A stretch of 20,000 bases of DNA. Origin: Alloascoidea hylecoeti (Eukaryota). The notes beneath the pieces were generated by a model, which did no database searches, had not been told where the DNA came from, and saw only the letters and a program-made list of their open reading frames with translations. Both the position numbers and the translations under genes were made by a program. Positions 1 to 10,107 of the stretch are shown in pieces. How positions within the stretch are numbered: position 1 is the first letter of the stretch; every line of letters begins with the position of its first letter. The stretch spans positions 44,707-64,706 of the forward strand of contig BCKZ01000031.1 of NCBI GenBank assembly GCA_001600815.1, in the 5' to 3' direction.

Positions 1-1302
1 GGTTATGATCCTTTCAGCGAGAATATTTATAGTGGGCTTCAATTTGTCTAAAGAGACAGTATAAGATGAATGTAGATTCCTTATAATTATATGGAAAATC
101 CACCACCAAAAAACGCAATCCGTAATACTTAACTTCTCACCGAAAACACCAACAACATTGAATATAAGTGGGAGAAGGACGATCGATCTTTGAGATTACA
201 TAGCTGCAATGTTTATGGGCTTATTCAAGTTTCCACTTGTCTTTCCAATTAACTCTTGTGCGAGAACAGACAGAGAAGAAGAGAACAGCTGACATTTAAA
301 TTCTTCCAAAGCAGGAGACGGAATACCTGGTACTATTTACCGTTTGCTGGCACTCGATAAAGATGAAATGTTAACCTTAGTATCAACAGTTTCCAACTCT
401 TCGTTTATCAAATGAGGCCAGAGGGGATTAAAATAGTAAGATCCATATGGTTGGAAATGAAAGTTAATAGTTCAGGTGGAAAGCAAATCGTTTTGAGAAC
501 ACATGGTTTAAATGGGTCTAGAATAAGAGATATATCTTCTAAGAACTTTTCTAGTAAAGATGGAGTAAATCGAGGACTTTTTGACTGTTTACCAATTTGC
601 TGATAATGCGGAAACAGGTAAGTATTTAATTATTTTTCATCTATGGAAATTTAACTATAACCAATAAATGTGTATGATTTGCTTCAAAATTTTATAGTTA
701 TAAGGAACTATCGCTATGGTCACTTCATTTTCGGAAAGAATAGCTGCTCTTCAACAAGCCAAACTATCTTCACTGGTTCAAATAAATATATCGAAGTTAA
801 TGAGCACACAACCAATAGAAGCCAAAATCACTGTATACCTAGATACAAAATCATTATTAACTGATAATCTAGAATATAATTATAACCTTGTTAGATCATG
901 TTATAATTCATCAATAGATTTATTTGGTTATATTGATGAATCTTTATTAAATTATGAATAATTACAAGCTTTAAATACATTATTAGCAACTTCTTTATAT
1001 GTTAGATTTCTTTCACAAAAAAACATTATTAGAAAAACTTTTGTTCAACTTTAAAAAATTTAGATTGATTCTAAAGTTGAAGGGTTTAGATTGTTATTGA
1101 TTTACTTTAAACTGTATTTCTTTTAAAATATTCAGATAAATCGAGAATTTTAGCTGCTGTCGATGTCACTGATTAAATACATCTGTTGAATATCAGGAAT
1201 CGGTTATTATTGGTTGATAATTGTAATTTTAAATGTTACCCGGATATAAACTATGCCCAACCTCCTTATAATTATAATCAATCAACTTCTTTTATCATTA
1301 AT

Positions 1303-1988
1303 ATGAATGGTTACCAAGAGCAATTCTTAGTGCTTGGACGTGAAGTCGGGAAACGTATTCAAGATCTGGAAAGTCGTTCTAATTCTAATGAACAGGGACA
1401 AATATTTGAAGACAGAGTATCAGGGTCAAGTATATAACGGCGGAAGTTTCGCCAACAACATACTATTCAATTTACCATTAGTTGGGATTTTTGAATCGCC
1501 AGGATCTAACAGCAAGGCTACTTCAAAATCGAGTAGGAAACAAAATAAAGTTAGTGGAGAATTCAAACAAATGAAATTTATGCTGACAAAAGAATTTAAA
1601 TTCCTCGAAAAAAAAAATTTTGAAGTAGCCTTGCTGTGAGATCCTGGCAATTCAAAAAACCCAACTAATGGTAGATTGAATAATATGTTATTTGCGAAAC
1701 TTCCGCCGTTATATACTTGGCTCTGATACTGTCTTCAAATATTTGTCCCTGTTCATTAGAGTTAGAACGACTTTCCAGATCTTGAATACGTTTCCCGATT
1801 TCACGTTCAAGCACTAATAATTGCTCTTGGTAATCACTATCGTACAAAACGTTGACGAATCTGCGGTATCAAATTTTATGAAAGCAAATCTATTAGATCC
1901 AGCATGTTGCTTATACAATTCATTTATTGAATCTTATGAAGCGTTACAACTGATTAGTCAAAAACCCTCCTATTTATCAGAACAATGA
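1303..1988 (+). pseudogene. Decayed paralog of the nuclease-kinase gene at 16649..18586 (N-terminal fragments, interrupted by an inverted copy of its own 5' end)
   Basis: ATG at 1303 (MNGYQEQ...). After a frameshift near 1430 it reads YNGGSFANNILFNLPLVGIF...GEFKQMKFMLTKEF, versus SIFVNSSALVLQNLLCNLPMTGLF...INQMGDYFYTTSF (aa 54-123) of the intact gene. 1842..1988 reads DESAVSNFMKANLLDPACCLYNSFIES versus SEADISDFIREKLLAPGISFYNDITES (aa 171-197). The fragments are colinear, and both genes have TTACCCG 62-67 bp upstream of the ATG. Confidence 0.7.
1311..1833. repeat. Long inverted repeat: arms 1311..1529 and 1617..1833, 87-bp spacer
   Basis: Manual alignment of the left arm to the reverse complement of the right arm gives 13 substitutions and one 2-bp indel over 219 bp (~93% identity). 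Confidence 0.97.
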
Positions 1989-2049
1989 AATCAATAAATA
2001 ATTTAAAAACTCATGAACCATTATTAGAACTTGTATTGATAAATTCACC

Positions 2050-2524
2050 AATGAATTCACCAGTAAAGAATCTAAAGAATCTGAAACTAAAGAAATTAAA
2101 GAAAAATCTAATAAATCGGATATTCTTGAAGATTCGGAGAAAAATGATAATATAGAAACTCCATCATCTGTTCTAATGAAAAATTCAAACTCACAATCAA
2201 AAAATCACAATCATCATCAAATTTAGAATCTAATGAATTAAAAGAACCTTCATTACCTAATTCTGAATAAAATAATAATACTCCAAACCCAGACAAGGAT
2301 AATAATATACCCAATGATGAACCAGTTTTGAAAGTTAAAACAACTCCATTAACTTCAAGACCTTTACGTGATCCAAAATATCCAGGTACACGTAAAAGAG
2401 ATGAACAAAGACAAAGACATTATGATGCAAAAGTTTATGCAAAACTATTAGAAATTTGTTCTTTAGGAGATCCATCAAAAATTATAAAAATTTAGGTAAA
2501 ATAGGTCAGGGAGCATCAGAAGGA
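2050..2524 (+). pseudogene. STE20: Fragment of a PAK kinase gene (STE20-like): linker plus start of the kinase domain
   Basis: 2391..2524 reads RKRDEQRQRHYDAKVYAKLLEICSLGDPSKI/YKNLGKIGQGASEG, matching the Ste20 motif LYAKLNEICSDGDPSTKYANLVKIGQGASGG. There is a 1-bp frameshift near 2483, an in-frame TAA near 2268, and similarity ends right after the G-loop. The 5' boundary is approximate. Confidence 0.85.
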
Positions 2525-3078
2525 ATCAATTGCAAATGATTAGTTTTATCACTAATAATGTAGTTAGTTATAAGTAATAGTGTTTATACCATTAGCGCTA
2601 TAATATATGAAGAATCACCTTCGTTATAACATATTAACAAGAAAAACATTAAACCTGATATATGCTGTTGAAGATGTTATTTGAAGATACATATGCCCGA
2701 ACATTAGTGTAGCTAGTAATCCTTTAGCTAAGCTGAATTCAATGTGACTCTTTTTGATTATATTCATAAATAGTTTTTCTTTCCTTTCTTTTTTAAGTTC
2801 TCTATTTTTTAGTTTCGTATTTAGTTCCTATCCTCGATATCGCTTTAAGAGTGCCAATCAGCCCTTCATTGTTTAATATTAGCCGAAAACCAAGTGCAAA
2901 ATAAGCGGAATAATTACATATCAGAAAGGCAAACACTCTTTCTCCAGTTTTTTTATACAGTTTCGGTGTTGTAATATGATTTCACTTCATTCAACTGCAA
3001 GCTCAATGATACAAATATACTTTTACCAACTACGAGAAGTTGTGATAAATACAGAAATATACAATAACCTTATTAATT

Positions 3079-3099
3079 TATATATATATATATATATAT
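3079..3099. repeat. (TA)n microsatellite
   Basis: About 10 consecutive TA units. Confidence 0.9.
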
Positions 3100-3329
3100 T
3101 TAATTTCACTCATTCTATAATCCAAAATAAAACATATGTAGATTCTTGTATTCGTTAGGTGTCTTACACGCAGTCCAATCTTTATCACACCCGTTGAAAG
3201 ACCAATAACTCCTATCTCGCATCCCAGTATTAACTACTAAATTGATTCGCAAACCAAGGTAATTTAGCAATGGATATTTAGTAAAACTCTAGTCTGGTAC
3301 CAACTCCATACTTCTATCTTTCAGGCCAA

Positions 3330-3488
3330 AAATGGGTATTACGGGTTCTCCTTATCAGGAAATAAAAAATTGAAACAATGAATTATCCAGTGATGTAGAA
3401 CTATCCCTATGGGTGGGTCCTGTTTGCCAGATAATTTTGTTTCAATTTTGAAGCTTCTCCTGATAATTAGAACCCGCAATACCCATTT
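3330..3488. repeat. Imperfect inverted repeat: arms ~3330..3387 and ~3430..3488
   Basis: aaatgggtattacgggttctccttatcaggaaataaaaaattgaaacaatgaattatc versus the reverse complement of the right arm, aaatgggtattgcgggttctaattatcaggagaagcttcaaaattgaaacaaaattatc. Confidence 0.85.
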
Positions 3489-4584
3489 CCAATAACATTG
3501 CTGGAAAAGATTACGATATTCAAGTAACAAAATCAGAGGATACTAAACTGTCTTCTGTGGACTAAATTTAATGAATTAATTAAGTAAATAAAGTTACATC
3601 TTTACAGCTTAAACAACATAAAAATAACATGATGTAGTATATTAATCATTCAATATGAAATTCGACAATCTTTTATGACGCTGTTTATTAAAGTTAGAAA
3701 AAAGAAAAAGACGTAAAAAAAGATTATTTTTTTAGGTGCCGAGTAACGCGACATCTTCAAAGTGATGTAGACTATGTCATAATACACGCAGACAAGTAAA
3801 TAACACCAATACACAAAATACAGACTAAAAGAGAGAAAAAGGAAGAAGACGTTTTATTCGATCCTGACTCTTGTTCATAAAAAATAGAGGTTGGGGAGAA
3901 GCTCAAGATTTATACTATTTGTCCCAAAAAGGAAATAAAAGTGCTAATTGTTCTTCTACTCTTTTTTTATATACCCAATTATTGTATTATGAAATTAGTT
4001 AAATTAACTAATTTGTAAGAGAATAAAATGAATTAGTTGAAAACTAAATAATAATTTGTTTGTATATTATATAACCAGGAATCCATGAACTTGCAAAGTT
4101 TATAAGCTTATAGCAAGTGGGACTTTGTCCGTTAATATAGCTAGAGTTTCCTGCCTGGTTAAAATAAAAAACACCAGGTAAATATATTATACCTTTTATT
4201 ATTTTTTCTTCAATTATCATAACATACTAACCATATTTTAAAGAAGCCTCCGATAATACTTCTAGTTCTAGAGGACCTACCATTCTTAGATGAGTACAAA
4301 GATGTTTAAGAATTGATCAAAGTCTTGCTTGGTCAACCCATAATACCACATTTCATTAAGTTCAATACTAACCATTATAAATTTGTACTCTCAAATTTAA
4401 CATCAATTGTAAATGTAAATGAATCACCGTCATGAAAACCTCGGCCACGTAGAATCTTCAAACAAATTGTAGAAACTCTTGAGCTTGAAGAGCCAAATGA
4501 AGGAGACAACATTTTTTGCATGTATACCTTATTATAAATTAAACTAATTTATAAGAGGTGAATGTGCTTTTCCAAATGAATTCA

Positions 4585-5271
4585 TTTTTTAAGGGTCATT
4601 AAGGCTCTAAATTAAGCTGTATTTACATGAGTACTATTAATTAACAACCAATTTTTTTAAAATAATTCAGATTGATATAATTCTAGTTTATTTATTTATA
4701 TTAAGTAATCTAGTTATTGAGAAGGTTAACTCGAGAAAAAGTCTGTTTGCCTTTTCTCAGAAGTTGGACTTACTTAGGTATCCAACTAAAAAGCTAAGAA
4801 AAAGTTCAAGAATTGTATCATTCATCATAATTATATAAGGTTACAATATAAATGTTTCATATATGGTAAATATTTAACATTTCTGAACTTACTAATCAGA
4901 GAATTATATGTAGGATCAAGATTCATTTCGCTAACAAAACAATCAAATGGATGAAAACTGAAGTAATTACATATTTGGAAGAAAATGTATGAAAAACGGT
5001 GAGTCAGATGTTTTAATTGAAAGAAAAAACGAAGTGGATTTGTAAAAACATTTGTTCCACGACGTCCAATACTATTATAATAGTAAATTTTAAAGCCTTA
5101 AATGAAATAACAAAACAATATACATGCTCCCAATATTCAACTTATAAATGTTCGTGTTTCTTTGGTGACAGTGAGTCTTTTTTTTTTTTTCAAGTGGCCA
5201 TTAAGGCTCTATATTAAACTGCTTTTTCTATAAATACTATATTTATAACAACCAAAAAATTGTGAAAATAA
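4585..5271 (+). repeat. Degenerate direct repeat of ~80 bp (copies at ~4585..4665 and ~5185..5271)
   Basis: T-run + aagggtcattaaggctctaaattaagctg...tactattaattaacaaccaa versus T-run + caagtggccattaaggctctatattaaactg...tactatatttataacaaccaa. Confidence 0.75.
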
Positions 5272-5653
5272 AAAGACCTATTGCTAGGCAAAAATACCTA
5301 TTACTAATGTTATATGTTCACTCTTTTTTGGGTAATGTTGTTACATTTTATAGTATTATTGCCACCATTTCCAACTTCTTACTCAATCAATAAAGGATGT
5401 AATATTTATACATCCTTCCTCTTTTTCTTTTTTTGTCCATAGCACCTAAGTGATTCAGAACAAAGCTTTGTGGAGTCCCTTTCAATCATTTTACACCATT
5501 GTGATTCTGATAAACTATTCTCCTGTTGATCATATCTTCTGTGATATTTTCTAACCAAAAAAACGGTTACCGCTCTTAATATTAAATCTTTTCTTTCCTT
5601 ATGATTAAAGTTAAGAAAATAAAAAAGAAAAGGAATAAAAGTTAAAAAGAAAA

Positions 5654-5725
5654 CTCGGCAACGGGGAATTGAACCCCGGTCCCCCGCGTGACAGGCGGAA
5701 ATTCTAGCCACTAAACTATTGCCGA
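5654..5725 (-). tRNA. tRNA-Asp (anticodon GTC), intronless, 72 nt
   Basis: Reverse complement is TCGGCAATAGTTTAGTGGCTAGAATTTCCGCCTGTCACGCGGGGGACCGGGGTTCAATTCCCCGTTGCCGAG. Acceptor stem TCGGCAA/TTGCCGA, anticodon loop CTGTCAC, GGTTCAATTCC B box, followed by a T-rich Pol III terminator. Confidence 0.97.
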
Positions 5726-5875
5726 TAAGTTGTTATCCAAATATTAGTGAGATTGCACACGTGATTATTTTGTCAAATAGATAGTCTAGAAATTCAAAGA
5801 CTGAAATACACTAACTTCATAGCTAACTTGCAAAAAAGGCTAAATTTACGCTCTTTAGACCAATTTAGTTGGAAA

Positions 5876-6725
5876 TCAAGATAACGGGTGATAAGAATGA
5901 ATATTAATCCCACTAATAGATATAGAACCTTCACTATTTTCAAGATTCGCAGGTGTCCTATTTCTCTCATTACATAGAGGGCACGCTTTATTAGTACGAA
6001 TATGACCAAGTTCACCACAAATATCTTCTTGTAGTTGATTTACCTTTACCAATACCTTTACCGGATAATGGAACAGCTGAATCTTTATTATTTTTTGTTG
6101 CTTTTCTTGCATCTCTTCTTTCTTTATTTCCTTGAAATTTTTGTAGTTCTCCTACAAGCATTTTCCGTCGTCTTTTATTTATAACCTGGAGCAATTGTTT
6201 CCAGTTCCAATTCAGCAGGTTCCATTGTTTGTCATTTTTTAATATACGTTCTAATAACCTTCGGATCTCTAACAATTTCAGTTGTTCTTTGAATAATGTT
6301 ATTTTCGTCACGTATTCTTCTTGTGATTTTAAGAATCGATTGATATATTGAAATTTCTCATTAATGCCTTTTCAGTTTTCGGTATTGAAACAGTTATTTT
6401 ATCATTTGAAATATTTGTTTTCCTTTTTTCAATATTAAATAGAAGTTCCGGATCGTTTAAATTGAACTGTAATTCTGTTGAAAGTTGACCTTTCAAAATC
6501 ATATCATCACCCATAGACCATTTATTGTCATCCATTAATTTTGCTCTTTTACGCCGTGTTTCAAGGTACTCTTTATTGTGTGTGCCACTATCACTATTTA
6601 GTATTTGATCATAACTACATTCTATCGACGCCAGAACTAAATCATTTGCTCGTATATTTCCAAAGAGCTTTATTTGATCATCCTCACCGGTTACCTTTGA
6701 ATTTGTTGGTTCTAATACCTTGATG
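5876..6725 (-). pseudogene. TAF1: TFIID subunit TAF1 relic with a large internal deletion, stops and frameshifts
   Basis: LQFNLNDPELLFNIEK...IPKTEKALMRNFNIS (N-terminal third of yeast Taf1) is joined at ~6336-6340 to ILKITRRIRDENNIIQRTTEIVRDPKVIRTYIKK* (C-terminal region). Then GKGIGKGKSTTRR, a frameshift, and CGELGHIRTNKACP (Taf1 zinc knuckle). Confidence 0.88.
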
Positions 6726-7439
6726 TCAATGTAAAACGGAAAGGAAGACGATGAGAGGTAGCTATAGGTGGTATGCACGTGCACGTGTGTGAATATGGGT
6801 AACAACTCCATCTGTTACGAGAAGCTCACGATCGCGCTACCAGAAGATTAAATAACCTCACAATTAAAAAGGCCATTGACTACGGAACATCCTTCATTCA
6901 GTTTGATGTCCTGGAAAGAAGCTGATCACTACTTACTTACATGATTGACAAGCTAAGTAGTGTTCGAGTTATTATAAACCAATTTGCAAAGACACTAAAG
7001 AGATAATTAAGAGAAAAATGGTAACAGAAAACTCTGTATAACCACTCTAATTTAGTTGTATGTCTTGGTCTGCTCTGTGGTTGTAATTGGTAAAGTGATG
7101 GTGGGTATGCTATATTAAACAACTTTGGCCATATCCTTCTGGAGGCCTATCAGCTGCGTTTGATTACTTAGGTGGATTACGAATATATTACATCAGCAAC
7201 TACATAAAAATCATGAGACTTTGAAATCAAAATCGAGATCCGTAACGGGAACGGATGTCAATTATTAGCAGTTGGTTAATACGAGTATATTTATTGGATT
7301 AGACAAATCAACATTTAGATATTTAGACAATTGTATAAATATATATTAAAATTTGAAACAAAATGTATTTTCATTTCTCTTAAACAATCGATTAATTGTA
7401 ATTACAATTGTAAAGTAAAGTAATTATAAAAATAAAGAT

Positions 7440-7853
7440 TTAATCTTTTCTATGGACGTTATGTTTATCGTTCCAAAACAAAGTTTTATCACCATCACCC
7501 CAAAAGAAATCTTTATTTCTAATATTTTGATATTCATATTCAGGATGTTCAGGTGCTTTTTTATGCTTAGCATGTTCGAAATGTTCCATTTCAACACCAT
7601 AAACATAATATGTTACTAGACCAAGTACAGGAGCAGCAACGAATAAAGAAATGTTTTTCCAAGTACTAGAAGTGTGGCCGGCATGATCAGAGGTTGCCTT
7701 GCGGGAATCAATGAATTCAGCAGCAGCTTGTTTGTTTGGGGCAGCAGGATATGGGTAAGTTTCTTCTGCGTGAGCCTGTGTGTGGGCCAGACGTGCGACG
7801 CAAGCAGGACGTGGAAGAACCTTTGGTATGGTGCGAATGGAAGATCTGAGCAT
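7440..7853 (-). CDS. COX13: Cytochrome c oxidase subunit VIa (Cox13), 137 aa
   Basis: MLRSSIRT... mitochondrial presequence, then WKNISLFVAAP transmembrane helix, EMEH, and YEYQNIRNKDFFWGDGDKTLFWN, the COX6A signature. The start was set at the second ATG (7853); the upstream ORF extension covers promoter elements. Confidence 0.95.
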   Translation of the reverse strand: MLRSSIRTIPKVLPRPACVARLAHTQAHAEETYPYPAAPNKQAAAEFIDSRKATSDHAGHTSSTWKNISLFVAAPVLGLVTYYVYGVEMEHFEHAKHKKAPEHPEYEYQNIRNKDFFWGDGDKTLFWNDKHNVHRKD

Positions 7854-8025
7854 TATTGGGGAAGTTGTGGTGAAGAAAAGAAATGGTGGTCTTATTTTGC
7901 CAAACTGAGGAGCGTGTGATTGGTTGTGGATGTGAACGTGATTACCACGTGACGTCATTCTAGCTCTGGCATTTGTGAGCCTTTACATTTTCATGAACAG
8001 TTGTTAAACATCACCAGAAAGCAAG
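7854..8025. promoter_or_regulatory. 172-bp divergent promoter (COX13/RTS1) with a CCAAT box and overlapping E-box/CRE
   Basis: TGATTGGT at 7917..7924 (Hap2/3/5-type CCAAT, typical of respiratory genes), CACGTGAC at 7946..7953 (Cbf1-type), and TGACGTCA at 7950..7957 (ATF/CREB). Confidence 0.65.
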
Positions 8026-9994
8026 ATGATGAAAGGTTTCAAGCAGCGTCTGACCCGCAAACCTTCGAAGAGAAAGGACAAGAAGGAGAAGCGGGACAAG
8101 AAGACGTCTCTTCTGCCAGGGCAGTCGCAGCCGTCGTCCGGGCAGAGTCAGTCCCCCAACACCCCCAACACCACCACCAACTCCAACACCACCCCCCAGG
8201 CACAGGGACAGGGACAGCCCGCGGGTCAGGGGTCTCCGTCCAGCTCCTCGTCCAACCTGCCCGCAAACACCCCCTCTGGCAGCGAGGTGCCGACCGTCAG
8301 CATCAGCATCAACCCGTCTCCGCCCGTGGATCCCAATCCCACGCCCGTCTCTGCTCACGTGGCCACGCCCTCAGTGCAACAACAATCAGACATTGACATT
8401 CCCAGAAACAGCCACTCGTTTGAACGTTTACATCTCGATGCTGATGGTATAGACAGAATCCGTTCCCCCAAACGTCACAACTCTTCCCGTTTTGAACCTT
8501 CGTCCAAAACTGAGTTTGAAAAATTACCTTCTTTTAACGAAGTACCCCCGACTGAACAGATCTCTTTATTCGTTAACAAAGTTAAACAATGTAATGTCAT
8601 GTATGATTTCTCGGATCCGGCTTTCGACATCCGGGGTAAGGAGCTGAAAAGGTTAACTTTACAAGAATTAATGGAATTTGTAACAATAAATCGTTTCATG
8701 TATTCTGATGATATTTATAAACAAGTCATATCAATGTTTAAAACGAATCTTTTTAGACCAATCCCTCCTCCTGTTAATCCAATTGGTGATATTTATGATC
8801 CAGAAGAAGATGAACCGGTTTCTGAAATTGCTTGGTCACATATGCAAGTAGTTTATGAATTTTTTTTAAGATTTGTTGAAAGTCCGGATTTCAATCATCA
8901 AATTGCAAAACAATATATTGATCATGAATTTGTACTTAACTTATTAGAATTATTTGATTCGGAAGATCCAAGAGAACGTGATTGTCTTAAAACTACTTTA
9001 CACAGAATTTATGGTAAATTTTTAAGTTTAAGGAGTTTTATTAGAAGATCAATAAATCATGTTTTTTTACAATTTATTTATGAAACTGGTAGGTTTAATG
9101 GAATTGCTGAATTACTTGAAATTTTAGGTTCAATTATAAATGGTTTTGCTCTACCTTTAAAAGAAGAACATAAGATCTTTTTATGTAGGGTTTTAATACC
9201 TTTACATAAACCACGTTCATTATCTTTATACCATCCACAATTAGCTTATTGTATTGTACAATTCTTAGAAAAGGATCCTTCATTAACTGAAGAAGTTATA
9301 ATGGGTTTATTAAGATTTTGGCCAAAAATAAATTCTTCAAAAGAAGTTATGTTTTTAAATGAAATTGAAGATATTTTTGAAGTTATGGATCCAACTGAAT
9401 TTAATAAAATTGAAGTACCACTTTTTGTTCAACTGTCAAAATGTATTTCTTCTCCTCATTTCTTGGTATCTGAAAAAACTCTTAGTTTTTGGAATAATGA
9501 ATATTATTTAAATTTAGTTACTGATAATGTTAATGCTGAAGTTATATTACCAATTGTATTTCCTGCTTTATATGAAATATCGGCTTCTGAAACTTTTAAT
9601 GATCCTGATGATCCACAAAATAATAATCAAACTGATTCTCAATTAGATATTGAAGATGGTACACTTGAAGATCTTGGTTTAGAAAGACCACCTTCAACTT
9701 CTGACTCATTAACAAATAAAAATTCTTCTGGTCATTGGAATAGATCAATACATGGTTTAGCATATACTGCTTTAAAAATATTTATGGATTCAAATGCAAT
9801 GTTATTTGATCATTGTACAATGTTATATAGACAAACTTTGATTGAAAATAAAAAAAGAGAACAAATGAGATTAGAAGGTTGGCAAAAAGTTGAAGAATAT
9901 GTTCAAAAATTAAATATTAATGATGATTCAAATTTAGAAAATGAAAATGAAATAGAAAATGAAATAGAAAATGAAAATGAAAATGAAAAAAATG

Positions 9995-10025
<31 letters not shown>

Positions 10026-10107
10026 AAGTGTTGTTTTGGATGGAAAAGTTGAAGATAATCATGATGATAATAAAATTGGTAATACTGAAATTACAATATC
10101 TACTTAA
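8026..10107 (+). CDS. RTS1: Protein phosphatase 2A B' (B56) regulatory subunit, 693 aa
   Basis: B56 motifs [70 protein letters not shown] and HWNRSIH. The N-terminus MMKGFKQRL resembles Rts1. Confidence 0.97.
9937..10023 (+). repeat. Coding microsatellites (GAAAAT/GAAATA)n and (AAT)n in the RTS1 tail
   Basis: Encode [17 protein letters not shown] and poly-Asn. Confidence 0.85.

Noticed and set aside
1..1110. Coding-like degraded frames, including SIWLE shared with the 645-aa protein
   Set aside because: The source and even the strand could not be determined, and a 5-residue match alone is not significant.
1100..1160. Possible relic of the small divergent ORF upstream of the hairpin pseudogene (minus strand KILDLSEYFKR vs MILDRFKEYISKK, at a similar distance from the ATG)
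   Set aside because: The match is too short and AT-rich to support by eye; it needs an alignment with more paralogs.
1311..3488. Inverted repeats as a regional centromere signature
   Set aside because: The arms are short and derived from gene fragments, and there are no CDE motifs or kb-scale IRs around a central core.
4172..4537. Intron-like signals (GTAAAT...TACTAAC...AAG) followed by a frame with two stops
   Set aside because: No start exon or recognisable product was found; at most an unidentified relic.
5406..5711. 101-aa ORF overlapping the tRNA
   Set aside because: It is a spurious translation of the tRNA-Asp gene and its flank.
7854..7958. 35-aa N-terminal extension of COX13 from the ORF track
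   Set aside because: It overlaps promoter elements, and the typical presequence begins at the ATG at 7853.
7674..8699. Several overlapping or antisense ORFs over COX13 and RTS1
   Set aside because: They are by-products of the local GC-rich, stop-poor sequence and show no recognisable motifs.
8641..9436. Alternative CUG decoding (Ser or Ala)
   Set aside because: CTG codons in RTS1 fall at conserved hydrophobic positions (KELKR, VQLSKC), consistent with Leu.
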